A DNA stretch of 63,970 nucleotides, counting the filler, from Craspedostauros australis (taxonomy: Eukaryota), in assembly GCA_030167865.1 (NCBI GenBank). It is 14 parts of 14 records of this genome, joined end to end, with 100 filler letters (N's around TTAATTAATTAA, not from the genome) between each part and the next. Parts side by side here need not be neighbours in the genome. Positions count along the whole stretch, not along the records: positions 1 to 11,498 come from JALAGF010000850.1; positions 11,599 to 12,946 come from JALAGF010000854.1; positions 13,047 to 15,079 come from JALAGF010000855.1; 11 more parts are not named here. One strand, 5' to 3'. Positions 1 through 13,423 of the stretch are shown piece after piece. Below the pieces are notes generated by a model. It was not told where the DNA came from, did not search any database, and saw only the letters and a program-made list of their open reading frames with translations. The position numbers and the translations under genes were made by a program. Numbering within the stretch: position 1 is the stretch's first letter; every line of letters begins with the position of its first letter.

Positions 1-113
1 GACATCTTCCATGCAGGATGTGCCGGTCTTGGATCAAAAGCAAGACTATCCTGCAAAATTGGAACAAGACTAAGACATGGAACAGTCGCACCTTCACTCC
101 AACAATTGGAGAA

Positions 114-1070
114 TCAGCTCTCAAACCTGCCAAGAGCGATGAAACATCGTGGTTTCATCGCCTGGGGATTGTGGAGCAATTTTTCAAATGTACAAGACCA
201 TGAACAGCGACAACCAACAGCAGAGCAGTGTGATGACCAGCCCATCTCGTTTTCCTCTCCAACCTTCAANNNNNNNNNNNNNNNNNNNNNNNNNNNNNNN
301 NNNNNNNNNNNNNNNNNNNNNNNNNNNNNNNNNNNNNNNNNNNNNNNNNNNNNNNNNNNNNNNNNNNNNNNNNNNNNNNNNNNNNNNNNNGCTGACGTTG
401 GCAGTTTCACTTCCCCTTTTGACCTGCCAAAGTCCGACACTGGAAGGCAAAGCCGGACACAACCGGACTTCATTTGCCCTCTATTCTCGCTAGGATGGTC
501 GCTCGTGGGCATGCTCGTGTTCATCACCACTTGCAGTACCCCCGTTGCTGCAGACTTTGCCCTTACAAATGGCATGCTGGAATCGCTATCAATGATCTCC
601 TCGTCATGCATCATGTTGCGATCACTGGGGTTGAAGCCGTCTTGGGAGGAATCGTCACGTGCGATGGTGGTATTGATGAGATCCTTCGTCTCTCGTGGCG
701 TATTCGCACCTTCCTCGGAGTCCTCAGGTTGGTGCGGATTCTCGAGGTCGTTCGGCTCCTCGGATTGATGCGTTTCTTTTCCATCTTCAGGTTGCAGACG
801 ATCTTCAACCCCTTGCATCGATCCTTGCATCGATCCTTGGGTAGCGGGCTGGATCCCTGACAAGGCTGCCTTGGCACGAGATGTCGACGACAATACGGAC
901 GCCGTGGACGCGATCGATCGTTGCGATGATGCTGCAACATCTGTGGCAGGAGCCCGATCCGCAGGCGCATGTGCGGAACTGCCAGGCTTGTTGGCAACGG
1001 CATCGGAGGCAATGTCGCCGCTGCAATCAGCGGGTGCCTGAATGTGCTCTCCGCCTTCAGAAGTTGTCAT
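114..1070 (-). CDS. Hypothetical low-complexity protein (spans an N gap; 3' end uncertain)
   Basis: Long ORF with a plausible ATG at 1070 (MTTSEGG...); Ser/Ala/acidic-rich; no recognisable domain. Confidence 0.3.
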   Translation of the reverse strand: MTTSEGGEHIQAPADCSGDIASDAVANKPGSSAHAPADRAPATDVAASSQRSIASTASVLSSTSRAKAALSGIQPATQGSMQGSMQGVEDRLQPEDGKETHQSEEPNDLENPHQPEDSEEGANTPRETKDLINTTIARDDSSQDGFNPSDRNMMHDEEIIDSDSSMPFVRAKSAATGVLQVVMNTSMPTSDHPSENRGQMKSGCVRLCLPVSDFGRSKGEVKLPTSXXXXXXXXXXXXXXXXXXXXXXXXXXXXXXXXXXXXXXXXXLKVGEENEMGWSSHCSAVGCRCSWSCTFEKLLHNPQAMKPRCFIALGRFES

Positions 1071-1817
1071 CTTGCAATTGTGGCAGGCATCCAAGGAGCA
1101 ATCAGGGAGAAGGTACTGTTGAGAGCAGTGCGGAGAGTCGGACGAGCGTGTGCGCGGACAGTTCCTGGAACCGTTGTTGTGGTGGGCCAATACCAGAATG
1201 ATGAGGAGGGAGGTGCGAGAGGAGGTGGTCCCAACTTTGTGGGAACGGGGAGGTTCATGCACCTCTGCCGACCGGCACGGTTGCGATGGCTCATCGAGGT
1301 CTTCATCTCTTGTCCTGCCCTGTACTGGCATGACAACTAGCGCGACCTATGCATGCAGTTCGCACCAACAGAGCCGATGCATGCCAGCGCATTGTCCATC
1401 TCTTCGTCGCTTGCACGTGCATGCACAATGATTGTTGATGGATGGATGGGTTCGGTGGCTCCTCGTGCGACTGTTCGCAGAAGGATTTTCCGGCCTGAAC
1501 AGAGAAGAATGGAACAATCACACCCATCATGGATGTGCCAATAAATCCCAACGTTGAGAGGCAGACGAAAAGAAATTGCTTCATTTATTGGGAAGGTGAT
1601 TGGACGTCACCCATGCGTCTCTGTAGCAGTGCAGTCTTTCACTTCGATGACCGCTTTGGGGCAACGTGGAGTGGAAGAGCCATTGAACACGATTCGTATC
1701 TGCGGAGACGCTGAGGGGACCACATTGGATGTTGCTCCGTTACCATTCTCTTAGAGTAGATGCTTCATTCCGCCACAATAGCATGACAACCTCCACCCGT
1801 ACCTACGTACGCCTGGT

Positions 1818-3203
1818 CTATTTTCTTTGCTTGGCGGCAGAGGCATCCGCTGGATTCTCTGTCAGGCTCAGTGCCTCCTCATCCTTCTGCGCATCGGACT
1901 GCGTCGCCTCGACCGACTTGTTCGTCTTTCGCATGGGAGGCTGCTGGTAGATGACGCCGCCGGCCAGACAGAGCATGAGGCACATGATTCCGCTGTTGCC
2001 CGCGTGCTGATCCCAAACGACGAGGTTGAGGAGGATGGTGAGGCACTTGTTGAGCACCCCGATCAAGGTGAAGGAGGTGGCGGAGACGAGAGAACGGCAC
2101 CACCAGGCCGAGTAGCCGATGCCCGTCCCGATGAAGGATCCGAGGATGAGGAGGAAGATCGCGATTGGAGGGAGGTGTGCCTCATCCGACGGCTTGGACC
2201 ACCAGAAGTCCCAGAGGCCCGCGTACTCTCCCTTCACGTTCGCGAGGAGCATCATGGGGATGATGCCGAGGATGTTGGTGTAGATGACGGGCCCGCTCAA
2301 CGTTTCCAGCGGAACCGATTTGACGATCTTCTTTCCGTATGCCTGTCGAGGTGCGATGGGTTGGTAGCAGGTGGCGCATCATGTGGAAGAAGAATACATT
2401 GGAGAAGATATGGAGAATGGTGGGAGTCCAAGAGCTGTGTGAGAGTATGCAGCGGTGCGGACGCTGGCAATCCTGTGCGTTTCGGCACATTCCGAGGTCA
2501 TCCGAAGGTATAACATGTATAACACGCATAATATTGTGCAGTCTGCATCCTGAAATCATCTTCAAGAGAGAGAGAGAGAGAGAGACAGAGCACCTCGGAT
2601 ACATCACAAGCACCACTGGAACACCACAGAAAACATCCAAAAAAGCTCACGAGTCCCCCTGCTGTTAGTGCTGCTGCTGAAACGCACCATTTCCAAAGCG
2701 ATGATGATGAGGTAGATGATGGGCCAACCGTAGGCCGACCATCCTTGCATCTGGAACTTCTCATCGAAGCTGGCGTAACCGTAGGCACCGATGACCAAGG
2801 TGATCAGGCCCGCCCATCCCCTTGTGGAGGGCCACTCGCGACCCAGGAACATGACGTCCAGGATGACGACGGCGCATGGCGTGAGCGCGCGGAAGACGAT
2901 GATGGTCTCCACGTTGGACGTGGCCAGCGACCTCATGTTGCTGTAGACCCCGGTGGAGAAGAAGAAGATGTAGAGGAGGTATGGCTTGACGTACTCCCAC
3001 TTGAGCGGGTCCACCTTGACGACCTTCATGAATTCGGCTGTCTTGACCATGACCACGCAGGCGGCCAGCTGAATGACGACCACCAGCGATGGGAACGGGA
3101 GATGGTGCAGCGTCATCTTGTTCACCAGCACCAGCGTTCCGGAGCAGAAGGAGTACGCCAGGATCGACACGATCACCTGCTGCTCTTTGCTTAGACCCAT
3201 CAT
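1818..3203 (-). CDS. GDP-sugar (GDP-mannose/GDP-fucose) nucleotide-sugar transporter, GONST-like; exons 3203-2688 and 2342-1818
   Basis: Multi-TM protein with LVNK, NVETIIVFRA and SATSFTLIGVLNK motifs. A GT..AG intron (2687-2343) joins ...IALEM to AYGKKIV... in frame; ~346 aa. Confidence 0.85.
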
Positions 3204-3996
3204 CTTGGTTGTGTTTGTTTGTGCAGACTTTGTGCAGAACTTATGAAGAACTTGTGCTGTATCTACTGCTGAGACACGTCAACTCGATGTTTCTCTCTCT
3301 CTCTCTCTCTTCGACCTATTTTATTATACGAGGACGAGTAATCTTTCAATGGCTGTTGAATGTGATCGTTGCGCTCAGGAGACTTGCGTGCGAGTGCGAG
3401 CGCGAGTGCGAGAGAATGGGCCTGTTGTGAACGTGGAGAGTGGATGGGTCTTTGTTGTTGAGGATTTTGTTGTCTTTCACCTCCGACATGACCGGTGATG
3501 TCTTTTGCGTCATTGCCTGTTCCATCACAAAAATGTGGCTGCCGACCGTTGAAAATGACCACTTTGTGGACTCTCTGAATCGGCACCAATAATGGTACCC
3601 AGTTGTTGTATGTGATACCTTTGATACCATGTCGACGCAACCATCTGATCGTGGTTGCAATAGATGACTCGTCAGACTGAATCCTTCAAAGTTATCACAG
3701 TATGGCTTTCGTGCTTCAGAATGGGTCATTCTGAAACAAGGAGAACGAGTTGGCACAACAGAACGCAACACAGCACTGTTCGCGAGGTTGACCATGGCGC
3801 GATGATGCCGATCCAGCACAACCACGGCGCCACAACCACGGTGCCACAACCACGGTGGCACGGCAGCACAAGCAAGAGACACCCACCAACCGCCAACTGA
3901 CGGAAAGCAATCAAAACTCCAGCAAGCCACAAGGATCACCGTGCACACAGATCGTACAAGAACGCCGCGCTGGATCGCATTGAACACAAGCAAACC

Positions 3997-6900
3997 ATGG
4001 CGCCAACCAACTCAAATGAATCGTACTGCACATTCACGCTGCCGGCGGATGTCACAGCGGGAGGCCTCCCATCGGAGGAGGAGATCGCCAAGGATCTCGA
4101 ATCCACAGACAATGAGGTGAGTGCAGCGGCTTGGGCGTCTGCGTCTGCGTCTGCGTCTGCGTTTGAGCTTGCGCTTGCATGTGTGGACTCTTGGACTTTC
4201 TTGTCATCGCTCCGAAGCTCCACGAGAAATGTCCATGTTCGTGTCCGTGTCTGTACTCGAATGTGTTTGTGGATGTGTTCGTGGACGTGTATCTGCTGTA
4301 CTGCAGTGCTGTGCTATGCTCTGCTATACCCACGCTTTACCCATGCCATACCACTCGAGCATATGCAATTAGAACACATCGTAGCATGCCCCACACTCAC
4401 AAGTCTAGCCGTTCCCTAACAACATCCAACATTACATCCAACATTACAAACAACATTACAAACAACACTATGTATTATACAACATTAAACACAACAATAT
4501 ATACAACAGGTCAAGAAGCACGCCTTGAAGGCAGCCATCATGGCCATGCTGGGAGGCGAAGCCATGCCACGCATCCTGATGCAAGTCATCCGCTTCTGCA
4601 TCAACTCGGACGACAAGCAGCTCAAGAAGCTCTGCATGCTGTACTGGGAGGTCGTGCCCAAGTACCAGGAGTTCACCTCCGAGGAGATTGCCGCAAGGGC
4701 CTCCGGTCAGTTCGTCCCGCGCAAGCTCCTTCAGGAGATGATCCTGGTCTGCAACGCCCTCATGAACGACCTAAACCACGCCAACGAGTACGTGCGGGGA
4801 TCCATGCTGCGGTTCATCTGCAAGGTCAAGGACGAGGAGATCCTGGGGCCGCTCGTCCCCTCCATCAAGAACTGCCTCTCGCACAGACACTCCTACGTGC
4901 GCAAGAACGCGGCGCTTGCGGTCTTCCACGTCCACAAGATGCACGGCGACTCGCTCATGCCGGACGCGCCGGAGCTCATCGCAGAGTTCATCGCCACTGA
5001 AACCGACGTCTCCGCCCGCCGCAACGCCTTCCTCATGCTCTTCAACCAGCAGGAGGACCTAGCCTTCGACTTTCTCGCCAAGAACATGGACGACGTCAAC
5101 AAGTTCGGAGACGGATTCGCCCTCCTCGTCCTCGAGCTCACGCGCAAGGTCTGCAGACAGGAGCCCACCCAGAAGTCGCGCTTCGTCCGGGTCCTATTCC
5201 AGATGCTCTCCAGCCCATCGGCCGCCGTCAGCTACGAGGCCGCGTGGACCCTGGTCTCCCTCTCCAACGCCCCCACTGCCGTGCGAGCCGCCGCCGTCAC
5301 CTACACCAACCTCCTCAACGGCCAGAATGACAACAACGTCCAGCTCATCGTCCTTGAGAAGCTCGAATCCCTCAAGACGAGGCACGGAAAGATCCTGCAG
5401 GAGCTCCTCATGGACATCCTCCGGGCGCTCAGCAGTCCCAACCCGGACATCTGTCAGAAGGTTCTCCACATCGCCATGGAAGTCGTCACGCAGCGCAACG
5501 TGCAGGACGTCGTCTCCACCCTCAAGCGCGAGCTGCAGAAGGCGATGGACGACGATGACGCCTCCAACACCAACGACGCCAAGAAGATCGTGTACCGCAA
5601 CATGCTCGTGCAAGCCATCCACGAGTGCGCGACGCGTTTCCCAGTGGTTGCCGAGTCTGTCGTTCACACCCTCCTTGATCTGCTCAGCAACTCCTCCTCC
5701 ACAGCCGCCGAGGGCACCACCTCTCTGCAGGTCGCCATCTTCGTGCGTGCCATCATGGAGCATTATCCAGATCTGCGCAGCAGCCTGCTGCCCAAGCTGC
5801 TTTCCAGCATCTCCGACATCACATCAAACCCCGTCATGTGTATCTGCCTCTGGATCGTGGGAGAGTACTCCGAGGCCGCAGAGAGCATCTCGGAAGGCTT
5901 CGACACGCTTCTGGAGGAGGTCGGCAATCCGCCCTTCGTCATTCTCAAGAATGATCCAACGAAGGAGGACGGCGCCGATGCCTCCGGTGACGGCGAACCG
6001 CGAATGATCACCAAGAACGTCGTGCTCTCCGACGGCACCTACGCCACGCAGACGATCTACAACACGCAGAGCAAGCCCAGCAAGGGACAGCTGGACTCCA
6101 CGCCGTCGCTGCGAAAGATGATTATCGGCGGTGACGTCTTCCTGGGCGAAACGTTGGCCAGCTCCCTCACCAAGCTCTGTCTCAAGGCCAAGAAGGATCC
6201 CTCCTCCGATGCGGTCGAATGGAAGTCCCGCACTGCCAAGGCCCTTCTCGTTATGTGCGGCATCGTCAAGATGGCCGAGGTCACCATCCAGGCACAGCGG
6301 TCGGCCACGACGGATTGCGTCGACCGCCTCACCTTGTGCTGCCGCGCCCTCCTCGATCCAAAGCAGCAGGCCCTCATGGAGCCCATCCTCCTGGAACAGG
6401 GTAAGATACAGTTCGCAAAGTACCTCTCCAACCTCAAGGCCAAGCAGCAGGCGCAACAGGAGTCGAAGCAAAATCAATCGCACCAGCAACAGCTGCAGCA
6501 GAAGGAGCAAGACCAGCCATCCACGCAGGCGGACGATCTCATCCACTTCCGACACCTGCGCGCCTTCGCCGTGGAGGGCGGCGACGTCGATCTCGATGAT
6601 GGTGCCGATCTCGCCCGCGCCACGGGCTACAACGCCGGATCTCTGCTTTCCAACGAACTCTCCCACATCTACCCCCTCTCCGGCTTCGCCGATCCTGTCT
6701 ACGCAGAAGCCCTGGTGACCGTGCACGACTACGATATCGTTCTTGAGATCCTGGTCATGAACCGCACACCAAATACGCTTGCCAACCTCACAGTCGAGCT
6801 CTCGACAATGGGTGACATGAAGATCGTCGAACGTCCGCAGTCGCACACCATCGGGCCGATGGATCAAATGAACATCCGCGCCAGCATCAAGGTCAGCAGC

Positions 6901-8623
6901 ACAGAGACGGGCCACATCTTCGGCACCATCGTCTACACCGACATGGCCACCAACGAAAAACATTACATCAACCTCAACGACATCCACATGGACATCATGG
7001 ACTATATCCGACCTGCAACTTGCACGGATGAACTCTTCCGAAGCATGTGGGCCGAATTCGAATGGGAGAACAAGGTCGCCATCTCGACGTCCATCACAAA
7101 CCTTGTTGATTTCCTCAATCACATCGTGGAGTCCACAAACATGAGATGCCTCACACCGCACGATGACAAGACCGACAGGGGTTCCTTTTTGGCTGCCAAT
7201 CTCTACGCAAGAAGGTACGCGAAGGCGTGCAGCGAGTCCGTGACAGGCCATGCCTGGCTCTGCTTTCTACCTGTGTGCAATCCATCTTTGCTTCATCTGT
7301 TTGCCGCTCCATCATTGGCTGTTTCGTGTTTCCTGTTCGTGCAAGGTAGCCACTCTCGCAAACGCAGCAACACAACACAATCCCAGGATATTTAACTCTG
7401 GATATCGGTTCATTTCGACATACCGTTTCATCAGACAGATCCTGGGAGAAACGAAAGGAGAAGACACCGACAAGGCGTCTTTTGCGGCTGCCTATTGCAA
7501 GCAATGGTTTTCATTTCCGCTCGTGCTCTCGCAGCATCGGCGGACCACGAAATCAGGGCATCATGCAGTCGATACAAGCACGAAAATTCAGCGAATGGAA
7601 CTCGTCATTGGACTGGCGCTGGCACTGATAGTTGCGTGCATGATTACGAGTATGCTTCAGCTTGACATGTCTTATCGCTCCTGCCTCTTTCTTACCTTTG
7701 TATTGCATTTCGTTGCACTCTTGGCCGGACGACGACGCACGACACAACACGACAACCCGATCCGAACACAAATCGCATGTCTTCGTCAACCACTGCCAAC
7801 TCGAAATCGTTCACAGGTACGTTCACCAACAACCAACGAATGCCGCTGTCACCATCAGCGTTCCATCAAACAAACACGTGCGCGGAAATGCATCGTGTCG
7901 TTCACTGCGTTTGTGTGCACGCGATTCTCGTCTACCTGTTGCCCGATTATCAGATTGTCAAGCCGGTCCTTCCATCCCTGGCCTCCCAGTTTTCGTGTTG
8001 GATGCCGATGCCACAATCAAACGGTCTCGATTTGCCTACACTTGTCAAGTCGATGTGCCATGTGACGAATCGGTGTCTGTTAAAACTGGGACAGATGAAA
8101 CTGGACGACGCCGACAAGGCGCTGTCTGCCCGACTGCTTAAGACGGCCGTGGATTCCGAACCATTGCAACGAATTCACGGCATCGAGCAGGCGATACATC
8201 CATTCCTATACTTGGTCGAGCCATTGCTGCATTGCATCACTCTATCAACTATCGAAACGCCTCTTGTTGGACTGGATCCGAAGTTGCTTCGTTGTCAGAC
8301 CAACTCGTTTTTTGCACTCAGCCACAACTCACGTTGTTTACTTGTTTTTACGCTCTCACTTTCGCTTCCCATACATCTACGACTCCCACCCTCCTCGCGC
8401 CGAACACTATCCGCACCCTAAACATCAACGTCAACATCAACTCGAACGATTCCAAAGTGTGTTTGGAGAAGATGCTTTGGTCAACGTTTCCGTGGAAAAG
8501 AAGGACGACAACGACGGGAAGCTGGCGGGTTATATCCGCATCCGCTCAAAGACGCAGGGTATCGCTCTGTCGCTGGGAGACCGAATCACCGCCGTCCAAC
8601 GGGGCATCATGACAGCGAAATAA
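3997..8623 (+). CDS. COPB1: Coatomer subunit beta; exons 3997-4116, 4510-7214, 8458-8623
   Basis: Motifs [45 protein letters not shown] and [14 protein letters not shown]. Splicing restores [22 protein letters not shown] and the [20 protein letters not shown]-terminus. Confidence 0.96.
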
Positions 8624-9210
8624 GCCATCGACACGCCAGCAAGTAGAGCATGCACCAAGCCCTTTACTCTGGCACCCTTGATTTCCAAAGCAAGGTGCAT
8701 TCAGGTGCTCGCCTGAGAGGAATAGGTTCATGAAGTCTCCTATATGATTTTTCGACATTTGTATGGTGATATGCGTGGTTTGGGATGTTCCTACGTCCCA
8801 TTCTCTTCCTGATACGTTTCGCCCATCCGCGCCGATGTGGGATCAATGTCTAGATTACATGCTCTAGCTGTGTCGACACAAACTGCATCACAAATGAAAT
8901 ATATATATCGTATCACCGCAGACCCCGTGATTAATCGTCACAGGTATGTACTGGCGTGAATCCGTGTTGACACTATCGAAGATGAAGATGGTGGAGGAGT
9001 AGAGTAGAGTAGGCAGCGTATTGTGTGTTGCACCAACAAGACCAACAGGTGCGCGCTATAACTCCTTCACGGCGGCATGGAACCGATGCCGTGTTGGAGG
9101 GCGGAGAGAAGGAGATTGTGCCATCTATTGATCTATTGATGGAAAAGAAGCATAACATTTTTTTGGTATGAATAGAGTAGTAGCTTTCATTGCAATGGCA
9201 GCGAAGCCGT

Positions 9211-10887
9211 TTACGTGATGGGGCTGAGAGCTTCCGCATCGTCCGGATCCGACATTCGCAGCTCGGACATTTGGTAGACCAGTTCTGCGCGATTCCGTCT
9301 CTGGCGCCTGCGCACGGAGATGCAGGACAGTCCGATGACGAGGAATGCTGCCCCAACGATGATGGCGATTGCGTGTGGTGGGAAAATGTCCGTGTCAAAG
9401 AATCCGCCGCTGGACGAGGATTGATTCTGGTCATTGCTACCACCGGTATTCCCATTGTGTTGGGTCTCCGGTTGGCTGACGACCGTCGGGTCATCATTCC
9501 CTGAACCGCCTTCCATTGGTGAAGGTGTTGGCTTTGGTGAGAGGGTATGTGGAGCTGTGGTTGGCTGCGATGTGGGAGTCTCCGTTTCTGGGTCAGTTGG
9601 TGCTGTGGTTGGTGGATCCGTTGATGTACCGATCGCAACAGCCGTTGGTCCTTCTGATGCCTGACCATCACTGCTACTGTTGTTGCCAGCATGAGCAACA
9701 TCCGAAGGCGCCGGTGTTGGCGCTAGTTCCATCGGTGTTGGCCCCGACGAATTCTCCATTCCATCTTGGTCTGCCGAGGTGGGCATCTCCGACGGTGCCG
9801 ACCCGCTATCACTCGGGGCGGGAGAATCGGCGGCACCGCCAATGGATGCGGATGGCATCGATGATGGCACCAAAGTGGCAGCATCCCCGCTACCACTATC
9901 GCCCGCGTTGTCACTGGACCTCTCAAAGACGCAGTCCAAGTCCATGGCGTCGGTGGCCTTGAGAAGCTGCTGCTCGAGAGGATAACCATCGCAGCCCGAT
10001 GGGAAGCACTCGTAAAAGTTGTCCATGGTAAGCTCCACTTCCGCGCCCTGCGACTTGCAATCGAATACCTCCTCCTGCACGCCGACAATGGCCCCGCCCG
10101 CAGCCTCGCACAGCGTCCGCAGCTGATCCGTGTCGTCCTTGGCAAATCCCAACCGGAATCCGCCGCTATCCATTCCCTCGGTCATGTCCTGCTCCATCTT
10201 CTGCAGCAGGGCCTCGATCTCGGGGTGCTTGCCGATGAACTGCTCTGAATCATCCTCGCAGGCCTCCCACTTGGGAAGGAGGGTGGGTGTCGGCGAGGGC
10301 GTGGCGTTGGGGTCCTTGATGGTGCAGGTCAAGCGGTAAGCGCCGGCCAGATCCACGAGCAACTCATCGGTGGGGTAATCGTTCTCGCCCGTACATACCG
10401 CGGATGCGCAGACGAAGGTGTTGCGGAACGTGAGCTCGATGGGGTTTCCCTCCACGGACAGACAGTCCAGATCCTGATCGTCCGTTCCGATCATCCTGCC
10501 CCCAGCATCGTCGCACGCGTCCGTGAGGGCCTGGACCTCGCCCTGCGGATAGGAGACGGTGATGCGCTCCCCTTGCTGCGTGATGTCCATGTCCTCGGCT
10601 TTCTCCATGGCCATGTTTGCTGCTTGCAGATCTGGGTTGTTGTTGTACATCTCATCCGTCGCATCATCGCACGGATCACCGTCCAGCTGCCTCGTCATGC
10701 TCATCATGCTCATCGGTGCAAGCTCAAGCGCTGAGCACGCAGACAGCCGCATCAGCATGACCATCAGCATTGTGGCCGTCATCATGGTGGCTTTCACTGC
10801 GGTTGTCTTCGTCTTCGTCATCGCCAACTTCATCCTCATCATTGTCTTTATCATATGCAGTTCTCCTTGAGGCCGATAGCGCTGCAC
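9211..10887 (-). CDS. Putative type I membrane protein: signal-like region, two Cys-rich repeats, Pro/Thr/Ser stalk, C-terminal TM helix
   Basis: Two similar domains (C-D..P..; L..C..AGG..IG..DC..G..ELT..N..C...C). TM AIAIIVGAAFLVIGLSCISV is followed by RRRQRR. The true start is probably a downstream Met. Confidence 0.75.
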   Translation of the reverse strand: MQRYRPQGELHMIKTMMRMKLAMTKTKTTAVKATMMTATMLMVMLMRLSACSALELAPMSMMSMTRQLDGDPCDDATDEMYNNNPDLQAANMAMEKAEDMDITQQGERITVSYPQGEVQALTDACDDAGGRMIGTDDQDLDCLSVEGNPIELTFRNTFVCASAVCTGENDYPTDELLVDLAGAYRLTCTIKDPNATPSPTPTLLPKWEACEDDSEQFIGKHPEIEALLQKMEQDMTEGMDSGGFRLGFAKDDTDQLRTLCEAAGGAIVGVQEEVFDCKSQGAEVELTMDNFYECFPSGCDGYPLEQQLLKATDAMDLDCVFERSSDNAGDSGSGDAATLVPSSMPSASIGGAADSPAPSDSGSAPSEMPTSADQDGMENSSGPTPMELAPTPAPSDVAHAGNNSSSDGQASEGPTAVAIGTSTDPPTTAPTDPETETPTSQPTTAPHTLSPKPTPSPMEGGSGNDDPTVVSQPETQHNGNTGGSNDQNQSSSSGGFFDTDIFPPHAIAIIVGAAFLVIGLSCISVRRRQRRNRAELVYQMSELRMSDPDDAEALSPIT

Positions 10888-11598
10888 TCTCCTTCATACC
10901 CTCGCACAACCTGTTCTCCTCGTACTACTATTGTGGCTGTCCCTCATTCCGTCCAATCTTTGCGCAACATTCTTCCTTTCCTCTTTTCTCGCGTGAACAG
11001 GAGAAGCGTTCCGTTGGATGCAAACATGACCAACAATGCGTTCTTTTTTGTCAACTGGGTCGATGGTCATTCCGACCGATTCGACCACTTGTCGATCGGC
11101 AGAAAGGAAAACAAGCTAGTGCCTCAAAGAGCCGGCTGTAGCCAAACAAATTGGCGATGTTTGGCGATGTTTGGATCACAGAAACTGCTCTGTAGAATGT
11201 AGTACATTTTCTACTTAAGTCCCGAACAAAAAAGGCCAAAAACAGCATCAACCAAAGTTAAACTCTCCGGACTTAGCTCGTATGGGCCATCCTGTACTCG
11301 TATTTATATTGTAGCATAGTATATAGTTTATATATACAATCCTAAAGTTTGGTGGCCGTTGCTCTCTTGCTCGGTGAGCACTGATGTGATCTGTCAAGCA
11401 CCCTTTTCATTCACGAATGCTTTCAGGCATTCGAGACGTGTTTGGGCACCACAGACACGTTTGGACTCGTCACACACATCATCTTCGCTTCCCCTCCTNN
11501 NNNNNNNNNNNNNNNNNNNNNNNNNNNNNNNNNNNNNNNNNNTTAATTAATTAANNNNNNNNNNNNNNNNNNNNNNNNNNNNNNNNNNNNNNNNNNNN

Positions 11599-11860
11599 CT
11601 TTTTGAGGGGCTCTTGTCACGACACGTGGAACCCATTTCTGTCTGGTTTTCGATTTCTTTGTGTTTTGCTTGGTGGGACCCTTGATTTGGAACAAAATCA
11701 CGTGCTGATTTGGACGTTACGGACGTTAATTTCAGTCGAAGCTGTGATGACTTGTTTCTTCTTGTCGTTAAGTGCGATGTGATGTCGCATGTTCCATGTT
11801 GAGTGACGTCGTCAAGCCCACGAGTGGTTGGACAGACGTTTTATTGGATGTTTTCATCCC
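11599..11860. repeat. Repeat/duplicated segment; reverse complement of ~13047-13309
   Basis: Near-exact reverse-complement match between the starts of two neighbouring contigs. Confidence 0.8.
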
Positions 11861-12014
11861 AACTGGTCCAGATCGATACTGATTCTCATGTTTGTTTTGG
11901 GTCGCAGAAGCAGGTTTGCCAATCCGTTTCGAATGTGCATTTGGGACGCTCGTCGTGCGATGGAAATGAAATCAACTGCATTTGCGTTTTGCATCGCGTG
12001 ACGCCACACAACAT

Positions 12015-12770
12015 TGTCGAGATGTACATGTGAGTATACGTCAAGATGTACGTGTATATGTGCATCGTTCACCCGTTATTCTCTCATACACACTTGGACG
12101 GTATAACTATACTCGTGTCAATAGTATACTGTGATTCGTCAGAATGACAGGGGAAACGGAACACACGAAAAGGGGCAAGATTTCTGGAGGAAATTTGCAA
12201 ATAACGATTTCTGAGAAAATCAGAAGACCGTCCGTCCATCCATCAATAGTACCAAGAGAATCTCAAGGTACTTCCCAACTAAACCTCAGATGACGATATC
12301 ATCTGACAGACTACTGCATCATCAATGGAACATGACATCTGGAGAGCAGAAGGACGCCCACTGACGTCGACAGGATGTCATCATGTCACCATGTCGACAG
12401 CTGTCTCCAAGTCAGAGCAGGAGACAAAGATCCAATGACCAAAGGGCATCAGCATCATGGATACTGAAGGTGAACTTCAAATGGTAAGTACTCATGGAGT
12501 AGAAACCAGTACTGAATGAACAGAGTGTCGAATGCGGAGCACGCATTGAACACTGAATATCGTGTAGCATGAGTACACGATGTTGAGAGAGAGAGAGAGA
12601 GAGAATACAGAGAGGAGCGAGAGAGGATCTCGCGTACCGACTCATAGTCAGAGACCGAATCTACGAAACAGATTGAAGCGCCCAGAGCATCGGGCAAGAG
12701 AACAAACGGACACCAAGAGTATCAGAGTGCCAACGTAATGAAATAGCAAACAGACGACTATCAACCAACA
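12015..12770 (-). mobile_element. LTR (~756 bp) of an LTR retrotransposon, probably a 3' LTR on the minus strand
   Basis: Minus strand reads TGTTGG...TCGACA, preceded by purine-rich GTGGAAGATGG (PPT-like). Homologous to 46319-47079 and 45485-45565, with homology ending at the same terminus. Confidence 0.65.
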
Positions 12771-13423
12771 CCATCTTCCACGTTTGTAGGTTACCATGAG
12801 CGGAACTTGCCAACACGTTTATAAACGATAGATCAGGGCGAGCCCGCTAATCGTATCGTGCAAGGAAGATCAACATCATTCAAGAGCAGCAGGCTGAATG
12901 AGCGAGGAAGAGGAATTGAAAGACATCCCTCTGTCCAATCCGACTANNNNNNNNNNNNNNNNNNNNNNNNNNNNNNNNNNNNNNNNNNNNTTAATTAATT
13001 AANNNNNNNNNNNNNNNNNNNNNNNNNNNNNNNNNNNNNNNNNNNNTGGGATGAAAACATCCAATAAAACGTCTGTCCAACCACTCGTGGGCTTGACGAC
13101 GTCACTCAACATGGAACATGCGACATCACATCGCACTTAACGACAAGAAGAAACAAGTCATCACAGCTTCGACTGAAATTAACGTCCGTAACGTCCAAAT
13201 CAGCACGTGATTTTGTTCCAAATCAAGGGTCCCACCAAGCAAAACACAAAGAAATCGAAAACCAGACAGAAATGGGTTCCACGTGTCGTGACAAGAGCCC
13301 CTCAAAAAGAGAATTCTGGCCGCTTGCATCACGTTTTGCCTCGAAAACGCTAGGCTGACGCCATCATAAGTTTATAACCAAGGCCTGGATTCACTTTCTA
13401 ACACTCCAACCTTATTACCAATG

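Noticed and set aside
11212..11283. Tiny TAAGTCC...GGACTTA inverted repeat
   Set aside because: Too short and single-copy to call a MITE.
11499..11598. N-run/TTAATTAATTAA/N-run recurring 13 times
   Set aside because: Artificial six-frame-stop contig linker; not biological, and it voids cross-contig adjacency.
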